Below, piece after piece: positions 38,376-50,300 of a DNA stretch of 64,000 nt (the stretch's first letter is position 1; each line of letters begins with the position of its first letter). Both the position numbers and the translations under genes were made by a program. Where the stretch lies: positions 20,312,759-20,376,758 of the forward strand of contig NC_068984.1 of assembly GCF_001194135.2 (NCBI RefSeq), in the 5' to 3' direction. The notes beneath the pieces were generated by a model. It saw only the letters and a program-made list of their open reading frames with translations. It was not told where the DNA came from and searched no databases. This stretch comes from Octopus bimaculoides (Eukaryota).

Positions 38376-41300
38376 GTACGTAGTCACTAAAAATTTTATC
38401 TTCCCATTATGTATTTTTAACCTCACAACTAATTTTCTTCAATTATTTTATTACTAGTCTTCTATTAACATTTTTATTTATTAGTGATAGTCCTTGATAT
38501 CCATAAAACCGAGCCTTCTTATTTTTAATTCAGATGTTTGATCAATTCTACTTATATTCATAAGGAAACATTAATGGCGTTTTCTTTCTCCCTTCTTACG
38601 ACTTGTATTTAATTGTTATTGTTGCTGAACGTTTTTTCTTTCTTTCTACGTTTCTCTTGCGTTTTCACCTTAAAAATAAGTATTACAAAGTAGTAAAATA
38701 TTCTTCAAATCTATTAATGATTTATTAATTAACATTTTTCTTAAAATCGTTGAAGAAATCGCCAATGAATGTAATTATAAATTCCAATTATCTTCTTTTA
38801 TTGCCTCGAATTACGTTATGGAAATTCGTGTTGTAAATTAATTACTGCTTTTAACCTTTACAATATTGTCAGTTGTTGAACTGTACGTGGTTTTAAAATA
38901 CGGATAGTCCGAATCTACCATTTGTTTCTTTTTTTTTATAATTTCGAAATAATTTTCTAATATTTTTATGGAAAAAAAAAATTGTGTATGTGGTGGTGGT
39001 GGTGGGGGTAATTAAAATTTTGTTTTTTCATAATCCTATCAAATCAATTATACAGAAGACCAGATCGAAAAAATTTTGTAAAAATTCGTAAAAATAAATA
39101 AGTTATGAGGGATTAGGGCCAAAATCTAAAATATTTATGAAATACAATGTTTCTTTTATCGAAACTGCAACCAATGGCTGATAGTAGTGATGTACTTACG
39201 TACCTATGTACCTACGATATTTGATTTGCTTTTATAACCTAAATATCTTCTGCATAATTATATTTTCATAGTTTTATTTATATCTGTATTTTAACGCAGT
39301 TCTTCATATATACGAATAGTTTTTAATGATGGCGTTAATATTAACACCAACAGTAATCCTATTGTTTAACGGGATATAAGCCTTTCATAAATGTAAATGA
39401 CCTCTGATAATAAATACCATGGTTTTCCTAAGCATTCTACTCCACGCTGATCTATTTATTGTTTGTGATGTTTGTTCAACTAACATCGATAACTTCCAAG
39501 TTATCGATGTTCTCTTACTATGGACACATATGACGTGATGTAAAAATCAATATGTTGTGGCCATTTGTCGACATTATTAGCATTCCTGTAGAATAGAGTC
39601 GGAAATTATCTGGCTCGTCAAAAACCATTATTTCCTCGGATCTGTTTGCTTTAAGCATCGTAGATTAAGGGTCTGATATTTTTTTTGGTGGGGTGGGGGA
39701 TTTTTTCTATTGTGTAAAGGGATTATAGCTTTCACGTGTTTTTTGTTTTCCAATTACTTCCATTATCTGGTTGTTTAACAATGAATGATCTCTAATATAC
39801 AATAACAGTCACTTCATGATATATTATTTGCGATTTTAGTTTATAGTTCAAATTATCGATGTTCTTTTGCAATGTTTTGAAAGATACAGGTTGCTATTGG
39901 TTAAGACAATTACAGGTATTCTTGTTGAATAGAGTCGGAAATTATATAGTGTGGCAAAAATCGTAATTTATGGCAGTCTGTTTTAAGCGTCATACATTTA
40001 CAAATCTGAAAAAAAATTTGCGGATTTTCATATCAGGATGCTCACATGTTGGATTTCCTCTATTTTTGACGGTGATTTTTCCAATTTTCTTTTCGAAATG
40101 ATGGGGAAAATTTTAATGAAAATTTACGATTTCTACCGCCATATGGTTGTTACCCTACTTTCGTAAATTTTAGTTTCGATTTTATAAAGTTGATGAAGTA
40201 ATCAGCTCTAGTCCCCATCCNNNNNNNNNNTGGTCTACGATACTTAAAACATGGTTCTGAAATTATGGTTTGGGGACCATTATATAATTTCCGACTCTAT
40301 TCTATAAGAATGTCTAATTTAATATTCCTACTTATATTGTGGTTCCGATGTACAATTATTTTCACATTGTTGAGAAAAAATTAATTAAGCAAAGATTAAA
40401 GAGCTTATTGTATGTTTAGGGATTATTGAATTTAAGATTACTATGGATTAAGGGTAACATAGAATCATCAAGCGATCTCAATCTGTTAATACATTTATTG
40501 TTATTTGCTTTTGTTGCTTGAAATTAATACAAATAATTTTGATAATTAAAGCCACACACACACACAAAAAAAATTGCTAAACGCTAATTGACGATCTTCC
40601 TTCCATGTTGGAAGTTCAATAATAATGAAGACCGTGTGTTCAAATTTAGCTATTATCATCTTAAAGGAGCCAGTTTAACGATTAAAAGAAAAAACTGAAA
40701 TTCACTTATTTCTTAAGACGAAATAGTTACATGTTCAGCATTGTATGTCGTCAACCAGGTCGTACGTAGTTGTACGATGAAAATTTTCACTGCTTAAGAA
40801 ATTAATGGAAAGTGAGTAAAACATTAGGGATGGTCACATTATCAACACATCCTGAATCAAACATTATCGGCACATTCTGAATCAAACCGCCTATATCTAA
40901 ACTATGGGCAGTTTTTAATTTCTGGGGTCCCATCGACTGGATACTTATCTACTGTTTGGGTCTCTCTTTAATCGGACTAGTTTAATAAATGCTGCCGTTT
41001 AATTTAGTTCAATCTTTTGTAAATATAATCTGGTTGGCATAGATAGACGACCATTACCCAGCTTCATAACTTAGGGAAAAATGCATTATTTTTAGTGAAA
41101 TTTTGTAGAGGCATATTTTCGAGAGTATTAATTACAATCATATTAACAACCAACAAAGTAAAAACTGGATTGAAAACAAATTCGCTTTACTGAGTTATCG
41201 ACAATAAGCGCACGCACACATGCACCCCCCCCCTTCAGGTGTATATAACTAATGGATTTCTACTGCTATTATCGTACCAATATTGGCATTTTTGATACTA

Positions 41301-44300
41301 CTAAAGCAGCACGGTCCCGAACGCGCAGTCTAGTCGTGAGTGGTCGATCCTAGCCTGACTCTAAACCCGCGTGTGTAAATGAATACATGTTTAGGGTTAG
41401 GATCGACCACTCACGACTAGCTAACGCGGACGCGCGACTGCGCGTTCGGGCCGTGCTGCATTAGTAGTACCAGCATTTTTAGCTCAGGAGGCGATCTCGA
41501 TTAAATATCGCCCATTATTCATTCCTTGCCTCACAGTTGTCTGTCTTGTTTACTTAAAACTCGGTTAATTACCTCCCGCTGGTTCTTGTAAATACCCTAA
41601 TAATAAGTGAAGTACCTAGAACTGTTTTCCTCTGCCAAAAGTAAAAGAATATTACTTGAAAGTAAAAGTGTTATTTTAATTATTTATTACAAATTATCAA
41701 AAGGATCTGATATCATTAAATATTTCTTCAAATTCGGCTTTAGCTGACTTTAAGTGATCTCATATCCTTTTCGTAATCAGGACAAAGTCGAACGTGATTA
41801 TGAAGGCTTGTCATTCTGAAGGAGAAAAGCTTACGTTATTAAAATTTTAACATTTGATTGGTTTAAATGATTTTGTATGCTTAAACTAGCGAAGAAAGAC
41901 TGCATTAAAACGAGAGATTTTTGGATCGTTGTCATTTACTTGCGTGACCTAAATATATATCATTTGTGAATTTACTCTGTATTTATTTAGGTCTTAGCGC
42001 TTGCTATAAAAACTGTGCGTAAATATGGGCAAAAAGGCGGTACTGACGTATATATTTCTGTAGAATTATACAATCAAGTTTGACGTTTTTGCAGGTCAAA
42101 AAGAAAGAATGCATGCCCAAATGGTATATACGTCAAATGATCACAAAATTTATTTGATAAAATGAATATAAAAATATATGAACCATAAGCTAAAAAGTTA
42201 GATCAGTCCGAGATTACTTTTCTGCAAGATGCAGTGAACGTATAAACAATCTTGAGAAATTTTCGCGGTGTTGCTAAATAAGTACTGCATCTGTAACTTA
42301 GTTTTATATGTTTATTTTTTGAAAAATATTTCAAACGTCTGAGATTGTGATTATGAGATAAAAAAAAACCAAAATCCATTTTTTTTTCATTCCACTCCTA
42401 TTAAGTTTCGTAATACGTAACTAGCTCTGAGCTTTTTCTTTCACATTTTAAACTAATGCGTCTCAACCTTTTGTAGCTCATTGCTCCCTTTCACCAAGTT
42501 GCTTTTATTTTGTTATTATTTTTTCAAGAGCTACATTTCCCCCCAAACAGATGCTAGCTAACCTTGTTCTTTATACTATCCCATTCAGCATGTGCTTCTC
42601 TTGGTATTTTTGTGGGCTTGTGCTATCCGCACCCAGGTTAAATTGCAGGAAGCCATTTAATAAAATTAGATTTCGTTTTATATTATTATTATTAGTAGTA
42701 ATAATAGTAACTATAGAATTTAAAACAAAGTACATTATTACAATTTAAATTTTAAATGTGTTAACGAATCAGGCTGTCTGCCTTTTTGTTGGGGTTGTGT
42801 TAATTTAATTTCTGCTTTGATATTTGATGGAAAAGAGCCCCCAGTCGTTTCTTACTGGATACTGGATGGTTTCCCTGTTGAAGCTCCTATGAGCTTGTTC
42901 ACAGGTGCTTTTCCACTAGTACAATTAATTTGTCGTGTGGTACAACAACACTTAGACAGTTGTAGCTAATAGTAACAGACAGGGTCAAATTTTGCAGGAA
43001 GCCCCTCTAGTGTGGGTCAAGCCTGTTCTTGAAGGTATTGACTGATGGAGCTGCGGTCACACGCTGTCCGAAAAAGCAGCTTCTAATGTTGAGCCTGCAG
43101 TGTGATCTTTCCAATTTCAGGCTGTCTTCTCGTATTTCTACCTTGGAGTAGTTGAATTGGGGGCGGTTGGTCATGTACAAGCCATGTGTATACTTATACA
43201 TGTTAATCATATTCTCCCTGAGACGGCGATGTTCAAGACTATGCAGGTTTTGTGCAGCCAAACGCTCTGGGTATGGCTTTTCTTTCAAGGTTATGCTGGA
43301 GCACTACCTTGAGGGTTTTTTAGTTGAACGAATCGACCCCAGAACTTTTTTTTAAAGATTGATACTTATTCTAGCAGTCTCTTTTGTCGAACCGCTGTTA
43401 TGGGGACGTAAACATATCAACACTAATTGTCAAGCGGTGGTGACACACACACACACAGCAGGCTTCTTTCAGTTTCCGTCTACCAAATCCACTGAGAAGG
43501 CATTAGCTGGTCCAAGGCTATCGTAGAAGACACATGCCCAAGGTACCACACGGTGGGACTGAGCCTGGAACCCTGTGGTTGGGAAGCAAGTTTCTTACCA
43601 CACATCCACTTTTATATATACTAGTGGGACCCATGAATATTTCACGGAATTAATGGGAAACCTATTAGGTTATCTCTGAAAACTTTATCCAAAATACCTG
43701 AAAGTGTAGCCTGTGTTGTGTCTGTACAGAAAGATAAGTTGCTCATCCGCTGCTCATTGAAAAGTGTAAGAAATTGGAATAGGATGATTACTAAATGCAC
43801 TTTACATATACACTTTATATACTTTATGCACAATTTTAGGCGATCCTTCCAATTTTATAGGCTTAATACACAACACACATATTCACTCCTGTTTTCCCCA
43901 TAACCTCCCCCCAAATCTCGTACATAAGATACAACTTTTAGAGGCATAACTACAGGTGTATACCCCCTCCTCAACCATTGCATATTTCTGCTGCGTAAAT
44001 AAGCGTGAATATTTCAGGGAATTGCACTTATGCGTTAAGTGATAGCTGGTATAAAAAACTTAGTTGAATTAAAAAACAATTCACTTTGCACCATTGAATC
44101 ACCTCCTCCACCATCATCATCCTCTCTCTTTCCCTCCTCTTCCCCCCTCTCCATCAGAACATCACCCCTCTGCTAAAATTATATTTTTAATTCCCCTCCT
44201 CTATATCATCACTATCTTCAACTGACTTTTTAAACCACATAATAAATATTGTGTTCCCCCTACCTCACGTCATGGACACTTTTCTCTCCCTATTTTTCTG

Positions 44301-47300
44301 TCTTTTTCTTTCTCCTTTCTGTCTCACTCTTTGCCTTATCCTCTATTTCTTTCTCCTTTCTGTCTCACTCTTTGCCTTATCCTCTTTTTCTTTCTCCTCT
44401 CTCTCCAACTTATGTGAAAGCGTTACCAACTGGCTAAGTAATGGAATGACAAGCAGAATTATTTTAAGATGAAAGTTCTTTATAGTGTGTAGAGGAGTAT
44501 TTTGATTATGATAAAAAAGAAAATTAGAAAGGAGTAATAGATTTATTATTTATTTATATAAAGATATAAAAAGTTTTCGAATATATCAAATTCTGCTTAA
44601 TTTTATTTTTGCTGTCCAGTTCCAGATGGACTCTCAAATGCTAGATAACACAAAATACAAGACGAATGGATTTAATCAGTATTTCATCTCATTTCCCTAG
44701 GAAAATCAAGAAATTTATATGTATGTGCATCTATATAAAATAATCAATACTTCCATTACATATGATGAGTGTTGACTGACAAGAAAAATTACTCAGTGTC
44801 ATAAGAGATAAATATAATTTTTATTTTGATTGAGTCAATATCTTGATACTCTTGAGTTTCACCTGTAGGTGCATGGAATCTTCAGGTAAATTACATCAAG
44901 AGTTAGTATATTGCAGGATCTTCAGTAAGTTCAAAACATTCCTCATAAACTATTAGTAACATTTTGAAAATAACAGAAAAATCTACTATTTTGGGTAGTA
45001 GGTTATAGGGATATATATATATATCATCATCATTTAACGTCTGCTTTCCATGCTGGCATGGGTTAGACGATTTGACTGAGGACTGGTGGACCAGGTGGCT
45101 ACACCCGGCTCCAATCTGATTTGGCAGAGTTTCTACAGCTGGATGCCCTTCCTAACGCCAACCACTCCGAGAGTGTAGTGGGTGCTTTTACGTGCCACCG
45201 GCACGAAGGCCAATCAGGCAGTACTGGCAACAGCCATGCTCGAAATGGTATATTTTACGTGCCACCTGCACAGGAGCCAGTCCAGTGGTACTGGTAACTA
45301 TCTCGCTCGAATGTCTTGTCACGTGCCACTGGCACAAGTGCCAGGAAGGCGATGTTGGTAATGATCACGCTCAAATGGTGCTATTTACATGCCACCGGCA
45401 CGGATGCCAGACAGCTGATATATATATAAATAAAATTTGTTTATGATAGGTTAAAAAATAGTAAGAATTTTTAATTGAATCACCATTACAAATCAAACAT
45501 GTAATCAGTCATAACTTTGCTGATGAAACTGGTGGATGCTGAAAGTACCAAAGAGAGCTTTTTTATATTTGGAACAGAAGAAATGGTTAGTGGAGTCTAA
45601 TAATTGAACTTCATAATTATGCTGTAATGCGTTGACTGCTTCATGAAGCTGTAATTAATTGGCTCTTAATCTGCATGCAATGAGTAGATTAAATAAGTAT
45701 TCATTATGTGATGGTAATTCCAAAGCAGTTCAGTCCATAAAATTTAGAAAACCGGCTGAATGCACATTGCAAGGTCATTTATACTCAAGAATAAGAAAAA
45801 CAATATAAATATAGTCATAATTAAATTTGCATGTTCAGTAGGAGGTGATGATTGGATGATTTCGTTGTTGAAGAAACCAAAGAATTATTTGCGAAACAGG
45901 TGATGAATGAATGATTACCGTAATTTCAAATAATGTGAGCCTGATAAACTAGACTTGTAGAATCCAAACATTCACGCGCACGCATGTATGTGAGCACACA
46001 CACACACACACTTATATACAATAGGCTTCCATACAAATTCTATCTACCAATTTTACTCACAAGGCATTGGTCACTTTCTGGCTTTAATAGAAGATATTTG
46101 CCCAAGACACCATGCAGTGAGATAGAAGCCACAATTACATGGTTACAAAGTGAGCTCTGTATCCACACATCCATGCTTGAATTATATATTCAAAAACATA
46201 CTTTAAAAAAAAGGGTTTCAATAAATGTTAAGGGGTAGAACAAAATGAAAAGATTGAAGTTACAATTTTTTTAAGAATTGTAATCTTTGGTGTATAAAGC
46301 ATGGGGATCTTAACTTTTTCAAAGTAAAATATATTTAAAATAAAAAGCTATGGTATGTGATATTTATTTCAAAACACTCAAATTTTATCTCATGTCCTGT
46401 ATTTCCATACTTTGTTGTGTAATATAACCTAAATTCTAAACCCTGTAACTAAGTCACAAGGTGCATTATATAATAGCTTAAAAGCTATTTTAATTCTTAA
46501 GCATTTAAACCAGCCATTTCCGGCCCAAATAATCTACCTGTTTTATGTTCAAACCGGTCAGATCTAGCTTAAAGTCTACTCCACAGTGTCATTCTAAAAA
46601 TAGATTCACCTTGCTATCTCAAAGCTATGAGAAACAACATGAATAAGCATTGTATTTAACAGAGAAATCTAAATACAAAAGAGTTGATACATTTCAAATT
46701 TAATTATGCCATTGTTTTCCACTTGTATTACATCTATAGAAATTTAAAGTTTTAATTTTGTAGGTCTACTCTAACTCGGGTATAATTACAGGGTGTGGAC
46801 GATATTCGTTTGCATGATGACTGTCTCAATGACAGTTTCCAGGTGACCTCAGAACCGGCCATAAGCCTTTGTCACTGTCTCTTGTTTTAGGCCCCTGAAA
46901 ACCCTTGTAATCCTGGCCCTCAGCTCATCCTTTGTGCTGCAGCTGGATTTGTTGGTCTCTTGTTCTACTGCACTCCACACAAAGAAGTAGAGGGGGTTGC
47001 AGTCAGCCAAGTTGGGAGGCCAAATGTCAGGAACTGTATGATAAAAGAAATTCTCTGATAGCCAGGCTTGAGTCTTCTGGTTGGCATGGCAGAGTGCAGT
47101 GTTGCTGTCACATATACAGCCTCCTTGCAGCTACCCGGTCAATCTGAGGCTTCACCACCTTGCTCAGAACATAGATTGGTGTTTAGCCTGAGGTTCTCAG
47201 GGTAGAAGTTGGGTAGCATGACATCACCTTCACTGGTGACAACACTAAAAGACCATGATTGTCACTGAAAATTTCGTCTGCATGACTCTGGACATGTCCT

Positions 47301-50300
47301 TGAGTGAGACAGCATACCACCTGTTATCCTGGGAGTTGATCTTCTGATCTTGGCAGATTCTTCTCATTGGAGAAGAACCACAGCATGTCTGGCTCCAGTA
47401 GTTGTTTCAACTTGTTGATCAGCTTCTTAGTGAGTTTAAGTCACTTTTCCTGCATCACCTTGGGCAGAAATTGTTCCTTCCTCATCTTGTATGAAAAGTA
47501 GTAAATGTCCTCATGCACCACAGGCCTGATGAGCTTTTCATCCACACCTTTCTATTTTGTGGTGACATGGATCGACTTGCTGGGATCATTGTTGATGATC
47601 TGGATTTCATTGAATTCTGGTGTTCTGATGATATCAGATCAATGATCATGGATTTTCCTCTCAGCTGACATCAAATCCTGAATCTTCCAGCTCCTTTCTG
47701 AGCTTTTCCACCATCCCTCTGCTGATGTTGAGGATGTCTGAAATCTCCTTGTTTGTCCTTCTGGCACAGATTTCAAGGAAGACTCCATGTCCCTTCCACT
47801 GATTAGAGGGTTCAACATTTTCTATAGTCAATTATTCTGCCCCACTACACACACAATGGTTATTGTTTCTAAGAAGAAAAAGACTCACAATGAAAGTGAA
47901 AAGAATATGCATAAATTAGCAGTTGAAAATTGCGTATAAATACCGTCCACACCATGTTTGCCACTCTTCTCACATTGGACTAAAAAAAACAAAAAACAAG
48001 CAAAAAAAAATGAGACCATCCTTCATATTAAATGTAAATGTGGTAGCATGTCTGGCTTATTATTTTTATATAGCTCTTACAACATACAGGAGTGAACTTG
48101 TTAAGTGATTTGTTAACTGACAAGGAATATGATATAATGGGTAGTGACAAGTACTAATCTATCGGCTACTTATCTTTTGATCTAATAAACTTAATCATTT
48201 GCACTCACTAATATTTGATAATAAAGATGAAATTCAAAATCGAGGCTCGTACTTATTTTTTCTAATGGTGATTTAATTTTTCTGTTCTATATCTATAATT
48301 TATAATTTGAATTTTGATAAAGTTTTAAGGAGAAGAAAAACCTAAATATTTTGGTCAAATGTTTTCAATAAAATGTAAACTTCAATTGTAGTGTTGTACT
48401 AGCAGAAATACCTGGCATTGCTTGGGATTAAAATGGCATACTTTTTATTGTTTTAGTTATTTGTTATGTAACTGGGATCATGCTGGAGCACCACCTTTAG
48501 TCGAACAAATTGATCCCAGGACTTATTCTTTGTAAGCCTAGTACTTATTCTATCGCTGTCTTTTACCAAACTAAGTTATGAGGACGTAAACGCACAAACA
48601 TTGGTTGTCAAGCGATGGAGGAGGTACAGCATTGCCTTACTGGCACATTTGCTGGTGGCACTTGAAAAACAACATTGAGCTTGGTCGTTGCCAGAACCGC
48701 CTGACTGGCCTTTGTACTGGCGGCACGTGAAAAGCACCCACTACACTCTCGGAGTGGTTGGCATTAGGAAGGGCATCCAGCTGTAGAAACTTTGCCAGAC
48801 CAGATTGAGTCTGGTGCAGCTTCTGGCTCACCGTCAAACCCATGCCAGCATGGAAAGCAGACATTAAGTGAAGATGATATATACATATATATATNNNNNN
48901 NNNNNNNNNNNNNNNNNNNNNNNNNNNNNNNNNNNNNNNNNNNNNNNNNNNNNNNNNNNNNNNNNNNNNNNNNNNNNNNNNNNNNNNNNNNNNNNNNNNN
49001 NNNNNNNNNNNNNNNNNNNNNNNNNNNNNNNNNNNNNNNNNNNNNNNNNNNNNNNNNNNNNNNNNNNNNNNNNNNNNNNNNNNNNNNNNNNNNNNNNNNN
49101 NNNNNNNNNNNNNNNNNNNNNNNNNNNNNNNNNNNNNNNNNNNNNNNNNNNNNNNNNNNNNNNNNNNNNNNNNNNNNNNNNNNNNNNNNNNNNNNNNNNN
49201 NNNNNNNNNNNNNNNNNNNNNNNNNNNNNNNNNNNNNNNNNNNNNNNNNNNNNNNNNNNNNNNNNNNNNNNNNNNNNNNNNNNNNNNNNNNNNNNNNNNN
49301 NNNNNNNNNNNNNNNNNNNNNNNNNNNNNNNNNNNNNNNNNNNNNNNNNNNNNNNNNNNNNNNNNNNNNNNATGATAAATCAAGACCTTTCTACAAACGA
49401 TCCAAGTGGCATGGAAGAGGCGGTCGACGAAACAGAAAAGGTTCGTTTACTTTAATTGCATTAATTAGATTTCACAAATGTTAAACTACTAAAGTTATAT
49501 GTTGATTTTTTTTTTTTTCTCTCATTTTGATATAGCTTCTAAAGAAACTATATCAAGGGAGGTCAGCTCAGAACATTCAAAACATGCTATTGTTATGATG
49601 TCTTTTTTTTTTCCATGTTTGCACGAGCTGGAGATATCTTGTCACTTGTGCAGCCTCTATCATCTTATTTGTGAGATTCATCTGAGATCAGTTTTCACTG
49701 CTTCTGCTATGTCTTCTTTAGTCCCCCTTTGGGTCACTTGGCATTTCTTTACCCAACTGCCATCTTCACATGTCTGGTGTCTGTACCAGTGCAGTCTTCT
49801 TGTTTTGCATATGATGTCTGATTTCTCTTTGTGCCCAATTTTTATCTCAGCTTATTTGTGGTCCATCATTATCCAGAAGATAATGCTTACCACATATATT
49901 TATGTGTGTGTGTGTAGCATCATTAGTGTTATGTCTACTGTTTCATGCTTGGTTGGATGAAGACTTATTGGGTAAGTATTTTATGATTAGATGCTCTTGT
50001 TGCCAACTCTCATACCAGTTTATCAAGTAAGGAATTTTTATTCCTCTGGTCTTCGCAAAGTAAAAGTTCAGAACTACAAGATCATGGTATCACTGCATTT
50101 GATAAACAGTATCAAGCGAATTAAGCACTCGCATACTCTTGAACACTTACACATATGTGCGCAATATTTATCTGTGTATGCATGTAATAGGCTTCTTGCA
50201 GTTTCCCTCTATCTAAGATCCCAGTAGAAGAAATTTCAGAGCAGATAGATGATAAATCATGAAAAAAAAAACAAAAACAATGTCTCCACATGTTTTTGTG

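Noticed and set aside
44300-44400. About 43-bp tandem duplication in a CT-rich tract
   Set aside because: Ordinary slippage in low-complexity DNA.
45845-45944. Possible C/D box snoRNA (GTGATGA...GTGATGA...CTGA)
   Set aside because: No convincing D' box or terminal stem, and no recognisable rRNA antisense element; a snoscan/Infernal hit would be needed.
46761-46850. Candidate NXF1 exon 2 (CAT GAT GAC = HDD after an AG)
   Set aside because: Lies in the terminal region of the Tc1/mariner element; the better exon 2 is at the 49371 gap edge.
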